Origin: Harriotta raleighana
Taxonomy: Eukaryota
Direction of reading: 5' to 3'
Assembly: GCA_050575255.1 (NCBI GenBank)
Contig: JBNZDD010013451.1
Span: forward strand, 373,724 to 437,723
DNA: 64,000 nucleotides
The notes under the pieces were generated by a model. It saw only the letters and a list, made by a program, of their open reading frames with translations. It searched no databases and had not been told where the DNA came from. Position numbers and translations under genes: made by a program. Shown one piece after another: positions 47,170 to 60,319 of the stretch (position 1 is its first letter; each line of letters starts with the position of its first letter).

Positions 47170-47590
47170 AATAAGAAATAAATAATCCCTGCATTTGGTA
47201 GAGGGCTTTTCACAATCTTACTGACAGTCTCAAAGCTCTGCACAGCATATACTGTAAAGTCAATTGTTTGTATATTTTCGGGCCAAAACGCGGCGGCCAA
47301 TTGCCCACGGCAGTGTCCCCCACAAACAGTCGAGGATTGAAATGACCAATTTTATTATTGTGGGATTTTTTTTGGGGGGTGGATTATTATTAGGTGCGCG
47401 CGCGCGCGTGTGTGTGNCAAACAGTCGAGGATTGAAATGACCAATTTTATTATTGTGGGATTTTTTTGGGGGGATGGATTATTATTAGGTGCGCGCGCGC
47501 GCGTGTGTGTGTGTGTGTGCGTGCGTGCGTGCGTGTGTGTGTGGAGTAAGGAAACTTGCCCAAGGTTTCGCCCTGATCTGCCTGGATCAA
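47170..47590 (-). mobile_element. SINE with internal assembly duplication
   Basis: Family motifs; block repeated at the n near 47417. Confidence 0.8.
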
Positions 47591-47789
47591 AGTATAGTTG
47601 CTGTGTCATCAGCCAAATTGTGCACAACATTGTCCTGGGAATAACCATGAAATGAATGGCCTAGAGAACCTAGAACTTCTTAGTTCAGCTAATAACTGAA
47701 TAAACTCTGCTTTCCAAACCCTTTTTGAACTGAACCTCTAGTCAACTCCTTCATATCCGTTCCCTTTCCCCCATCCCCAGTTATTGTCT

Positions 47790-47970
47790 CTTGTTGGTGG
47801 AAGGCTGTTAAGCCACTAGTATCAATGTATTTAAGGGAAAAAAAATCATGGTGCTGACATGAGGGAGAAGAGAATTGAAGCGTACAGGAAAGGGGAATCG
47901 GAGGATCATATGGAATATTAACACTGGCACGAACGAGTAGGGCAGAATGGCCCGTTTCCATGCTTTATGT
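47790..47970 (+). mobile_element. CR1 LINE 3' fragment
   Basis: GTATCAATGTATTTAAGGG...AACACTGGCACGAACGAGTAGGGCAGAATGGCCCGTTTCCATGCT. Confidence 0.6.
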
Positions 47971-49484
47971 GAAGTTAGAAGTGAGGGTAGAAACAGCGGA
48001 TTGATTATATTGGAACAGGTTGGTGAGAGATAAAGTGGGATCAGACTGTTCACCCTCCATGAACTGCGATGTAACAGACTCATTACTAAATTAATGGGAT
48101 CTGTCCATTTCAGTGTNTCACCCTCCATGAACTGCGATGTAACAGACTCATTACTAAATTAATGGGATCTGCCTGAGTCCCTGGCAGATTGCGGAGAGCT
48201 TTATGGTTGCTCTGGGAACTCAAATGTAGTTTAGCTGCTTAATCAGGCGTCGGAGAGGGAATGTGCTGGAGGTACATTTGTGCCACCTTTATGATTAATC
48301 AGCAATTGCTGGGTTTAAAATAAGATTTCATTTCACACAATGGATCCCAATTATCTACAGACCAGATGTTGCAGATGAACAATCTCAGTCCTGGTGAGAT
48401 CAGGGTCAATGTGTGGGCACTTGTGTGCGTGAGACTGAGAGAGAGAAAGAGAGAATTTACAGGGAACTGGCTTAAAAGTAACGCCTTTAGGAATTTGACA
48501 CATTCTGTATGCTCTGAATTATAGGGAAAGTCGTACAAATCTAGTGTCAGATCTTTAACAACAACCACCACAACTAAATTACATGTATGGAGCGCCTTTC
48601 ACGTCGAGAGGACGTCCCAATTCATGCAGTTATTTAGTTGTGTAGTTTAACTCGTGTAGTTGTGTGTGTAACCATTCTCTGAGTTGGCAGACAGGAATCG
48701 CCCCTGCTCCTTTTAGCACATGAAGACTCAAAACTCTCTCTCTCTCACTCACTCTCACCTGCAAGAAATATTGGTCAACAACAGCAGCAACAACAGCACC
48801 CTTACATTTACCCTCCGCGTAGAGTAACATCTCCGACATCTTTGAGCAGGCTCGCTCCTGCTCTCCAGTTCATCAACAGAAAGGGAGAGAATAAAATGGG
48901 AGTTGTGCCAGCTTTTATACGCACATAGGATAGCACTGTTGTTGCCATCCAGGATGGCGTACTGTACAGCAAGGGGCTAAATAATCCTGTTCTTTACAGC
49001 CATTCAACCAGAGTTTAAAGCACAACCCATGATTTATAAGCCTTATAGACCCTTTGTACTGCATTTGGCTGTTGTGGACTGTTAGGATAATGTAATGGCT
49101 TGAGTTCAGACATTTTAAGCATAAGGCTTGCAAGCTTCCTTAGCATTGAATACCTGTTGCCCCAGTTTGGTTGAGTTGCGTCTCTCAACTGGTCGGATAT
49201 CTATAGAGCTTTGTGTGAGTGGGCGGGTGGTGACAATAGGATTCGTGCTTTGTGCTGACCTTTAATGATGGGGGGGATCAGCCATGTCTTGTGTGTGATG
49301 TGTAGAGAGAACATCACGCTCCCGAGATGTAATGGAAAGTGCAGTCCACATCGGCAGAATATGACAGCTGATTCCGAACTGCAATCCTACTAAAAGCTTT
49401 CCTTGCGTTCAGTAAAATCTCTGTTTCAATAATAAATTGGTGGTTCACGTAAAGCTGTCCAGAAAGTGCCAGTCATAGAGACCG

Positions 49485-49790
49485 AAGTCTTATCGACGTC
49501 TCAAAGCTCTTCACAGAATATACTGTAAAATGAAATGACTGTATATTTGTGGGCGAAACGCGGCAGCCAAATGCGCACAGCAGCGTCCCCACAAACAGTC
49601 GTGGATTGAAATGAACAATTTTTAATATTGTGGGTTTTTTTGGGGACAGATTATCATTAGGCGCGGATGTGTGTGCGTGTGTGGAGAATGGAAACCTGCC
49701 CAAGATTTCTCCCGGACCTGCCTGGATTCGAACGCAGGTCTCTCACGTTTGTAAGTCGAGTGCTCTAACCACTGAGCTACAGCGAGCTCC
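49485..49790 (-). mobile_element. SINE, tail-truncated
   Basis: Body and head CCTGGATTCGAACGCAGG...GTGCTCTAACCACTGAGCTACA. Confidence 0.85.
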
Positions 49791-50464
49791 ACAATGTGCC
49801 CCCAATGGCTTTTGTGACCAGACCTGTTTATCGGTAGCTTTGAATTCCTGCGTTGAGCAGTTGGTTGGTTGCTCCTCAGAGTGAAACCAGTGTCGGGCTG
49901 GCAAATGGGATCTATGTGATCGACTGTTTGGGTGTCGTTATGGAAACTCACCCTCTCGCCCCAATGCCCGTCACTCACCCGACACATGGAGGTTAAATAT
50001 TAACATGTTTTTCTTTCCAACAATTTTTTTCTCAATTCGCTGCAGGTCAGATACTGAAACGAAAGATACGTTGAAACCAACCTGTGACAATTCCCCGACC
50101 AAAATGTTTTTTTTTTTTAATTAGATTTTTCACTCACTCACTTGCTCAACCTGACTGTGTCAACATACTGTATATATATATATATATATTTTAAAAGAGC
50201 TGTTTGTCATCATGTTGACTGTTCCAATCAAAGAGCTGGGAGGAGAAAGTCAACAAGATTTTTTTTGTCTTTGGCAAATGTAGGGGAGGCAAAATGTGCT
50301 GTAACTGTTTCGTTGTTGTTGCGAATGATTGTACTTAAACCTCTGTTGTCCTTCAAATGGACTCGGTGAAATGGCCAAACTCACTGATCTGTTGTACGTC
50401 AAATTATTTGGTGGTCCCAACAGAGTAAGGTTGAATGTGACCCTCTGAAGCATGTTCTTGAGAT

Positions 50465-50779
50465 CAGCGGTTCTCATCCAGGGATACATGTACTCCAGTG
50501 GGTACAAAATTACTTCCAGTGGGTGCGGGTGACAGTACATTGATTTATTTAGCTCTTATTTAGCGTTTTATAGCTTTCCAAATTGTATATTTAATTGCTA
50601 TTCCCCTCGTTTTCACGTGCTAGTTATTTTGTTATGCAAGGAAAGCTTGGTCATAAAATGCAAGTGGAATGAGTGGGGTGGTGTGTGTGTGTGTGTGTAT
50701 GTGGTTGGGTGGGGGGGGGGTACACAAAAATGTTGAAAATTAACAAAGGGTTACACTGAAAAAAGGTTGAGAACCACTG
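50465..50779. mobile_element. hAT-Charlie-like MITE, 315 bp
   Basis: TIRs CAGCGGTTCTCA / TGAGAACCACTG; imperfect 8-bp TSD CTTGAGAT / CTCTAGAT, close to the Charlie nTCTAGAn target. Confidence 0.75.
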
Positions 50780-51029
50780 CTCTAGATCAATAACTTCTGA
50801 ATAGGCTCTTAGCATCTATGTGGAAGTGATTGCCTGGCTTCCTATTAGCAGATATGAGGATCCACTGTATAACTGCAGGCACATGCACATCGAGTTAAAA
50901 ATAACACAGGGCAGAGAGGAGTCATTAAATTCTGCCTATCGCTGGATGTGCATGGACTCCTTTAATGATTTCGTTAGGAATCAAGCTGAGAATAAGCCAT
51001 GTGAACAGCAACTCGTGCACACTGTGGGA

Positions 51030-51245
51030 TAATAATCACTCCCCAAAAATGTTTTTAAATTGGTCATTTCGACCCACGGCTGTTTTTTTTGGGGGGAACG
51101 CTGCCGCGTGCAATTGGATGCCTTCGTTTCACCCATAAAATATACAGTCAATTCACTTTACAGTATATTCTGTGAAGCGCTTTGAGACGTCTCGAAGAGT
51201 TGAAAAGCGCTTCATCAAATGCAAGGATTATTATTATTATATTAT
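51030..51245 (+). mobile_element. SINE 3' half
   Basis: Body and (ATT)n tail. Confidence 0.8.
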
Positions 51246-53099
51246 ACAGTTCATTACTTCACGGTAGAATTTTGTGCAACCTGGACTTTAAAGCATTTTA
51301 AATTCTGAATCTCTAGTATCCGAGCACAACTTAAGATGTTTAGTTGAAATCCAAAGACATTACAATTAAGGCCGAGAATCCATTCAATTTTCCTATGTTG
51401 GACTGCTTTTTCACGTAGAGTGTTAGTGTTACAGCCAAGTGAGTTTGATGGTATTTTCTCGAGTGCGTCACTTGAAATGAAGAAATCTCCGCCTCGCTCT
51501 GTTCTGTCGGAGTTTGTCCTGAAGATTGGACGATGTTTCTTTGCAACCTCATTGTGTTACAACTCGCATTTGAATTCTCCAGTGGATGGCTGGCTTAAGC
51601 TCTAACCAGACAAAGCTTAGTGTTCTTTCAGTCACTTTGTTTGGGAACGAGCATTAAGATGTGTTTTTTCTCCCTAAAAAAGTAAGGAACCTTGGAATGA
51701 GGCAAGGCTATTTGGCTCATTAACACACTCTTAAGTTTTGTACTAACTTTCCTGCCTCATTCCTCCCTGCCTCGGTTGCAGAATCCTTTGCGAACAATAA
51801 CACATTTTGCTCTCAATAAAGTGGGATCATTTGAAATAAATGTTTAGTCCTCCTAACAGTCTTTAAATTCCAGCATGTTCAATGTTGTTCGAATTGTTTA
51901 CTGAGAGCGTTCCTTTAAAATAATCTGGGAAACGTCTTCAGATTGTTGTGCAGTGCAAAGCAATGCAATAAACCTCAACATTATATTATACCAGGATTGC
52001 CATAAAGTTTACAATTTCAACAAACTAGCAGTGACAATCAGCCTTGCCTGACGTGACGTCCTCCTGACGTGAAACGCGCTCTATAAGTGTAATTTTGTTG
52101 TTGTTGTTGTTGTTGCCTGCACTCCGGAACACTATCCTACGTGAAGGGTGTTATATAAGTGCAAATTGCCTACCCAAATACTTCACAACTAGTATGATTT
52201 TGCTTGTGCAGGAAAGTGAAGCTAAACTATGATTAATAGGGCTTTGGGTTAAATGCCCTGACCTGCTTATATATGGACTTCAACTCCAGATCAAAGGCGT
52301 CTGTCAATCTCTTTCAAATTGTTCAGCTATTAGCTTCTCCACTGATTCGATGCTTGATCAACTGTAGAGAAGTTTCATTCATAGACTAGTATAGGCTTGT
52401 CCGACTCGATAGAAGCTGATAATTACCTGTTAAAGAGCTATAGATCAGTACTAGTATTTTAAAATAGGTGCAGCATCTGCAGTCTTGTCGAGACGGTTTC
52501 TGTGAATATAAGCCTTCTGCTACCGCACACTTGTAAAATTCTAGGTCGTCTGTCGGGCAGGAACTTTTGAATCGTAGACAAACTTTAATTCGAAATAAAA
52601 CCTGTCAGTTTACTAAATGCTTTCATTAACTTAGCAGGTAGCAGGGCTTCTCAGTTGTTTGCCTCGAAATAAATAAGATAATAAATTTGGTCAATCCAAT
52701 CCAATCCACGACTGTTTGTGGGGACGCTGCTGTGTGCAATAGGTTGCTGCATTTCGTCCACGAATATACAGTCAATTCACTTGATGGTGTATTCCGCGAA
52801 GCGCTTTAAGATGTCTAGAAGACGTGAAAAGCGCTACATGTCTGATATCTTTAATTATATATATATATATATATACCCCTACTTAATTGGTGAACTATCA
52901 AGAAAATGATTTAAGAAGGATTTACTGTTAAACTGCGCATGGAAACCTAATATCGTTCCCCTTTGCACGACTCTGAGCAGGTGCAAATGTATCTTGTTAC
53001 ACATTTGCATCCGCTGTTAATGCAGAGGGAGGCAGAAGTGCTGGTGTTTGGGGGTAATTTGTCTTTCATCAAATTTTTTGCCTTGCGGATGAGTGTACA

Positions 53100-53226
53100 G
53101 AGGATTGTTGTGGCCATTTTCCCCCAATTATTACCACATCGACCCTTTAGTAGACCTGTCCAATACCTTGATTGGGAAACTCGATTTAACGTCTCATCTG
53201 AAGGATGAGACCTCCGACAATGCATT
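53100..53226 (-). mobile_element. Old DeuSINE-like core fragment
   Basis: CTCGATTTAACGTCTCATCTGAAGGATGAGACCTCCGACAATGCA resembles the reverse complement of the Deu core as recalled for SacSINE1/AmnSINE1. Confidence 0.55.
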
Positions 53227-53234
53227 GAAGTTGT

Positions 53235-53459
53235 CATAATAATAATCCTTGCATTTGATGTAGCGCTTTTCACATCGTATCGACGTCTCAAAGCGCTTCA
53301 CAGAATATATCGTAAAGTGAATGGACTGTATATATTTGTGGGCGAAACGCGGCAGCCAATTGCGCACAGCAGCGTGTCCCCCCCCCACAAGCAGTCGTGG
53401 ATTTAAATGATAAATTTTTATTATTGTGGGTTTTTTTTGGACGCATTATTATTAGGCGC

Positions 53460-53495
<36 letters not shown>

Positions 53496-53590
53496 AGTAA
53501 GGAAACTGGCCCAAGGTTTCGCCCTGATCTGCCTGGATTCGAACACAGGTCTCAGGCTTGCAAGGCGAGTGCTCCAACCACTAAGCTACA
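53235..53590 (-). mobile_element. SINE, full length
   Basis: Tail, core, internal (TG)n and head. Confidence 0.9.
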
Positions 53591-55639
53591 TCTTCGACTA
53601 CGGTGATTCTAAGCAATGATGTAAAGATCGAGACCATTCCTTTCTGTTCCCCATCCAATTTTAGCTGCGGATTCACAAACCCTCACGTAAACCCTCAATG
53701 CTGTGAGCTTCGTAATAAATCTCCACTCGCTGGCTACGACCGAGCACTCGCCTTACAAGCGTGTCTTGTTTATTGGAGCAAAGGGTGTCTCTTAATCACC
53801 AACAAGAAGATACCAGCCAGTTTAGCGGGATTGTGTTGTTTTTTTCCCCCCAGAGATTATGGAGCTTTAAACCTTGTACCACCTGTCTGCTCTGACTGAT
53901 TAGCTATTCTTTCAGATAAGGTTGATGTGCAATATTTAAGCGCACGTCCATATGGCAGAGCTGGGGGCCTGATCTGGACAATGGGAATGTATCCTCGTTA
54001 CAAACAGCTTCTGTTTCTGCTTCCAGGTGGTACATGGAGGGGATCCACGAACTCCGAGCTTTACATTGTACTGAATTTCCTCTGCCAGCCGATTGAATCT
54101 CTCCTGATCTACCCGCCCACCTGTGTGTGTGTGTATGTGCGTGCGTGTGTGTGTGTGTGTGTTTTAAAACTTANTGAATCTCTCCTGATCTACCCGCCCA
54201 CCTGTGTGTGTGTGTATGTGCGTGTATGTGTGTGTGTTTTAAAACTTATNTGTGTGTGTGTGTATGTGCGTGCGTGTGTGTGTGTGTGTGTTTTAAAACT
54301 TATTTCACGTTTATTTTAAAGTCAGATAATAATTCTTGTGTTTTTCTTCTTTTTTTTAAAATTACTAATTCGATCACAAACTTGCCCAAGGTTTCGCCCC
54401 TGACCTGCCCGGATTTGAACCCGCCCTGACCACTGAGCTACACAGGACTCCACAGGGGCTCAGGGCGTGTCGAAGCACCTCAGGATTCGCGGTTGTGAGG
54501 TGTAGAGACTGTGTATTTTTGCAGGCGGGCGCGGCAGCCAGTCTCCATTGATCCCGATCGGGGATGTGGGACATGGCGAGACAGACTTGTTAACGTCTGT
54601 CACGGTTTTAAAAATTAATGCGCAATAAAGCCACAGCTAAAGTGAAGCAGTGGTGCGTAAACCTCATCAGAACTTGCCTCACTGTTGCAAACATACCCTG
54701 CGCTGTCTCACGTGAACCCCCTTAACCTGTGTGAGCAAAGTGTGGTGGGAGGTTGGAGGATGGAGGAGTAGAAGTTGGAGCTAAGCCAAATTAGATATCA
54801 CTCACTGAGCCTTTAATCCCAAAACTGCTGTTGATATAAAAATCCAAGCAGACCTCTGGTTTGATATGACTTTAAGGGCGCTCTCTTTGTTTGGTCGCTA
54901 CAGTAACAGTGCAAGCTGTGTTGGTATCCTCCACCTTCAGCTCCCCGCAACTCAAAACCTCGCTCGCGGTGATCAGTTCGGGAGGGGCTGACTGACTGTG
55001 CTCCACTCGACCCTACCCAACCCTAATATTTCACTCTTCAAAGGGAGAGAGAGCGTCAGTGGTTTTCAAAGAAATGCCACAGCGATTTCGCAAGGTTAAT
55101 TCGATTTTTTTTTCTTCTTAATTCACGGTTGGCCATTCATTCGAACGCCTATTCATTTCCCAATTACTTTTTGGTCATTGCAGAATTGGACGTTTTGTTT
55201 TTTTCTTGTTGGGGGCCGTAAATTCGCCAGCTCCCAGTCCAGAACGCTCGCCTTGTTGTTCATCAAAGAGTGGCGTTTAAACATCCTGCCGGAGGGTTGG
55301 GGTGGTGGAGGGGGGTGGGTGGGGGGTTTGTGCGGAATATAATTTCGGACCAGACCGCGCCTTGCAAGCCTGCGCTAGGAGGTTAACTTCCGTCACACAC
55401 AGTTGTTGAGAACAATTGTTCCCTTGTTCACTTGAATTCACCTTTTTTATTTTTTTTGCACGAGTTAAACCGGCGCACTCGCAACTGTTCAACACAGAGT
55501 AGGTCTCGAGAGACTCTGAAACCCTGTCCTGTCGTTTGATCATTCCCGGGACAACAAAGGCCATGGGTCGAAAGGATGTTGCGTTATTTCAAATGCAAGC
55601 ATTATTTTTATTATCATCATCATTATTATTATTATTATT

Positions 55640-55825
55640 CAGTCCACGACTGTTTTGTGTGTGTGTGGGGGGGGGGGGAATGCTGCTGTGCGCAATTGGC
55701 TGCCGCGTTCCGCCCACAAATAGACAGTCAATTCACTTTACAGTACATTCTGTGAAGCGCTTTGAGACGTCGATAAGATGTGAAAAGCGCTGTATCAAAT
55801 GCAAGGATTATTATTATTATTATTA
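55640..55825 (+). mobile_element. SINE 3' half
   Basis: GCTGTGCGCAATTGGCTGCCGCG...ATCAAATGCAAGGATTATT. Confidence 0.85.
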
Positions 55826-56362
55826 TCACTTAAAAAAAAAAACGTTTGCACACTTCCTCGTGTGCCCGGTTTGACTTTGTTTCGACAGTATTCGCTCCGT
55901 CACAACCAACCATAGCAGGTTCCATCCAGCCTCTCTCTCCTTCTCCTCAGCATCCGTGTAAAACAGCGGGGACCATTTTCATTTACTGATTGCATTTTAA
56001 TGACTGTGATCCGTCAAGCTGTGGGAAGTAGAATTTGCGTTGAATCTCACTCACACTAACATCACCCAGTGGGTCCGCTCTGTATAAGGATAGGCGGCGA
56101 ATGATTTTTTTTACACACACACACACACACACTTTAATCACAGGCAACTAGAAAGAGGATTATCACTTGTTAATGGTTTAATATGGGCCACTGTAGGGAG
56201 TTAGTTTACTCTCTGACGCATTTCCAAAAAAAACGGAACTCGCAGAGAAGCTTTGGCTCGGAGACTATTACATTCATGATGGGAGAACTGTTTTATGCCC
56301 TTATTTAAAGGGGAAGGGAAGTCTTGGGCAAACACTTCCCGCTGAATGAAGAGATGCAGCAA

Positions 56363-56672
56363 AGTCTCCTGCAGCTCAGTGGTTGGAGCACTCGCCTGAC
56401 AAGTTCAATTCCAGGCAGTTTCAGGGCGAAACCTTGGGCAAGTTTTCCTTGCTCCATTTAATCCCTCAAAATAAAGCAGCAAAAAAGCGGTCATTTCAAT
56501 CTCACGACTGTTTGTGGGACACTGCTGTGTGCAACTGGCTTCCGCGATTCGCCCACGATTCACCGTACAGTGTATTCTGTGAAGGGCTTTGAGACATCTC
56601 AAAAAAATACTGGAAAGCGTTCAATCAAATGAAAGGATTATTATTATTATTATATTTTTATTATTATTATTA
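56363..56672 (+). mobile_element. SINE
   Basis: Head GCAGCTCAGTGGTTGGAGCACTCGCC through (ATT)n tail. Confidence 0.85.
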
Positions 56673-57747
56673 TGCTGCCTGGAACTAAGGTGTACATAAC
56701 TTCGACTCATTCCTTCTCACTCCCCCTAATCCCCCACCCTCCAGCCTGGGAATAATAATAATAATCCTTGCATTTGATATAGCACTTTTCACGTCTCCTA
56801 AACGTCTCAAAGCACTTCACAGAATCTACTGTAAAGTGACACTTTGATGGATCTTGTTCCAGTTAAGAAGTTCTGCAAATTAGCCCCATTGTAACAGACA
56901 TCCCCCCCACCCCCCCCCCGAGGTTCCCTTTGGTAATAAGGCAGGTGAATTCTGGCTGGGGCGAATCTCAGACGTCAGCAGTACCAGTAACAAGTTTGCA
57001 GTGGGATTTCGCTTACAAAAAAACACACGATCACAGCGCCCCATGCTAAATCCCATGAAACACTATCGAAGTGGTAAACCCCTCAAGGATTTCTCCAGCG
57101 TTGCTATCGTGCCTATCGTCTGGGGTAATGTACCCACTCTTTCAGCACGGGGAAACTATGTAAGATTTTACTGACGTCAAAAAGTGAGGCTGGAGGGTTC
57201 TTGTCAGTCAGATGCAGTCAGTGGCTTGACATAAGTGCAAATTGAAAGCATCAGCGCGAATGGGAGATGACATTTCGAGCCTGAGGTGAGACTGAAACAA
57301 TGCCACCAAAATCTCACCGGGAAGCGTGGCCAAGCCGAGCTTAGTGCTGCGGATGACATTAATGCCTGGCGACTAACGGGCTGGGGCTAGTCTCAAGCCT
57401 TCGACAAAGTGATGCGAAGCGGCAGACAGCAAGTTACATTAACAGCTCCGCGCAGAGTGTAACCCAGAGTGCAGCTCTGGCGTGAATATTGCTTGATATC
57501 CGCTGGTTAATGGACAGGCTTTCAGTGGGGGGTTTGCGGCTGAAAGGGGTCGGTCGCGGAGATATTGACTGCTTTCTCCGGGTTGCACAATAGGAGCCGG
57601 TAGATGAAAAGAACATTCTGTTCTGTAACGACGAACACGCTGTCTTTCTGTAATAATGAAAATATCATCCATTTCTTCGGCAGAGACATACACTGCAGAG
57701 ACATTATGCCCCCCCCCCCCTCCTCCCCACCATCCCCCGAGTGAAAG

Positions 57748-58170
57748 CAGTCCTGTAGCTCAGTGGTTAGAGCACTCGCCTCGCAAGCAAGAAACCCGGG
57801 TTCAATTCCCCGGCAGGTCAGGGCGAAACCTTGGGCAAGTTTCCTTACTCCACACACCTGACAACGCTCCTGCACAAAAAAAAACAAAAAAAANGGCAGG
57901 TCAGGGCGAAACCCTGGGCAAGTTTCCTTACTCCACACACCTGACAACGCTCCTGCACGAAAAAACAAAACCAAACCATAATGCTGTAAATTGATCACTT
58001 CAATCCATGCCCGTTCTCGAGACACTGCTGTGCGCAATTGGCTGCCGCGTTTCACCCAGAAGTGTGCGGTCAACTCACTTCGCAGCACATTCTGTGAGGC
58101 GCTTTGAGACGCCTAGAAGATGTGAAAAGCGCTCTTATCAAACGCAAGGATTGTCATCATCATCATTATT
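57748..58170 (+). mobile_element. SINE with internal assembly duplication
   Basis: Head GTCCTGTAGCTCAGTGGTTAGAGCACTCGCC...GGGTTCAATTCCC. Confidence 0.85.
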
Positions 58171-58274
58171 ATATCAATCCAGGTGGTTGTTGTTGTTGTT
58201 GTTGTTAGATGGCTTCTGTTATTGGACAAAACCAAATGCATTTTTTTTCCCCCAATTGTGATGTCCCTTCCCAG

Positions 58275-58385
58275 ATGGTGCTCCTGATGGATCCGATGGA
58301 AGATCCCGACGACATTTTGCGAGCCAACCGCTCCCGAGAGAAATCGTACATGTTCGACGTGGCTTTGGATTTTGAAGCAACACAG
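58275..58385 (+). CDS. KIF19: KIF19 coding exon 3
   Basis: CCCAG| ... CAG|GTGAGC; encodes MVLLMDPMEDPDDILRANRSREKSYMFDVALDFEATQ. Confidence 0.95.
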
Positions 58386-58436
58386 GTGAGCTTCAACTCC
58401 GGACTGTTTCTGATACTCTACATGAACCACTGATGG

Positions 58437-58483
58437 GGGAGGGAGGAGGAGGAGGAGGAGGAGGAGGAGGAGGAGGAGGAGGA
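58437..58483. repeat. (GGA)n microsatellite in KIF19 intron 3
   Basis: Run of GGA triplets. Confidence 0.9.
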
Positions 58484-59327
58484 ATTTATGTTCCACGTTG
58501 GGCTGCCTGGCCAATTTAGTGTCTTTACAACAATGTTTCCACAACAACAACCAAAACAAAATCACTAAATTACGTGCGTAGAGCGCCTTTCACATCGGGA
58601 GGACGTCCCAAGGCGCTGAAAGGAATCCTGTATCTCAGTTGTAAGAACACAGGTGTGGATGAATGACAACAACAACAACAAGTGCCTTGCGATGTCCTCC
58701 TGACATGAAAGGCCCTTTACAAGTGTAAATTTTGGTGTCGTCGTTGTTGCCATACTACTTTTCTAATCCACTCATCCCAGGAAGGAAGATACTTTATCGC
58801 GGCTTATCTGAAGTTAAAAAGATCCTCGGGCGTGTGACATGTTCTGAAAAGCTGCGTCAATCCCGGTTTGATTCAGATAAGACTCTTGTGAGCCGGCCAA
58901 AGGCTGGATCCACTATCGTTCCTTCCTGCATCTTGTTTACAGGCCAGAGAATCATCAGCCTTGCATAAAGAAAGGCTAGCCGAAAGAACATTATCGGAAA
59001 GGGAATACTGTAATATTGATGAACGCGAAAGTAGGAAAGTGTGAGGCGTAGCGTTTGCAAAACCCACAGCAAGCTGAAACCCAACAGCTCGGCCAGTGAA
59101 ACTAGGACAGGTTGTAAAGTCTGCACATCAGCAATTAATTATGACAAATTTACATATTCCAACGAGGACGCTGAATTGAGTCAACCATTTCATTGGGGGT
59201 TAGAACACATGCAAAAAGTGTGTAGGTGACAGAGGATTTCAAAATATAAAGCACCCCCCCTCCACACACACACACACACACACAGAACACACACACCAAN
59301 GATTTCAAAATATAAAGCACCCCCCCT

Positions 59328-59359
<32 letters not shown>

Positions 59360-59416
59360 CACACACACCAAACACACACACACACACACACACACATTCT
59401 TAATAGTCCTGTGATT

Positions 59417-59482
59417 ATCAGCACAGACTCGATGGGCCGAATGGCCTCCTTTTGTGCTGAAAAATTCTATGATTATATGATA
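59417..59482 (+). mobile_element. CR1-type 3' tail
   Basis: CAGCACAGACTCGATGGGCCGAATGGCCTCCTTTTGTGCTG...ATTCTATGATT. Confidence 0.7.
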
Positions 59483-60319
59483 TGCCGAAAGCCTGCAAAA
59501 TGCAGAAAGAAAAGTCACTGAAAATCACAGTGACTAAGTTGTCGACGACATTTGATAGCAAGCCTCTCTGTTTCATGGGAAATGCCCTCCAAGCCTTGTT
59601 AATAGTAGAAGGGTATGTCTTTCTTCAGTGGGTTCCTTGCTCAGACTCCCAAGTTCCCAGTTATTTAATCTGCGTCAGGCGCTCGCGTTTTATTCGCAGA
59701 AAGGCGACTAGGTATGAAAGGTGATTGCATTTCGCATTCACTCTCTGAATGGGTCACGTTACAATCTCAGATCAATGGGGTTGTTGTCATCAGATTCAGA
59801 GCTGACATTGATTTGGACTCTGTTTACAGGCATAAATAGGAGGCAGTAGACATTCAATCTACTGATCGAGATGCAGAATTTGGCTGCTGAATGTTAACCG
59901 AAGGAAGGAGCGTTTAAGCAAACAGATGCAGTCTCAGGATTGCTCTCGAGGCTGGCATCTGACAATTTTGTCATTGATAAGAGTATTCTTCACGCAGCTA
60001 GCATCTCGGAGTCAGTCAGTGTTTTTTGTTTATTGAATGAAGGCTGCCGTGTTTAACGAGCCGCGTGTAAAAATCATTTCAGTGGAGTCAAATCAGCCTT
60101 GGTTGACGCCCAGTGTCTCGTGTCCTGGCAGGTGAGTTCAATATTTGCGGCTGAGACCGAGTTTGAGACGCACGCTCCTCAGCTGCACGCTCCTCTGTCC
60201 ATTCCTTCACTCGAGTCGCAACGAGAGGAGCAGAACACACATCAGCCCCAGCTAACAAGCTATTAACACCCGCCCCGCTCTTCCACAGTCATCAATAATA
60301 ATCAAAATATTGATCATTC

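Noticed and set aside
57522-58088. 188-aa minus-strand ORF
   Set aside because: It is the antisense translation of a SINE copy that includes an assembly duplication.
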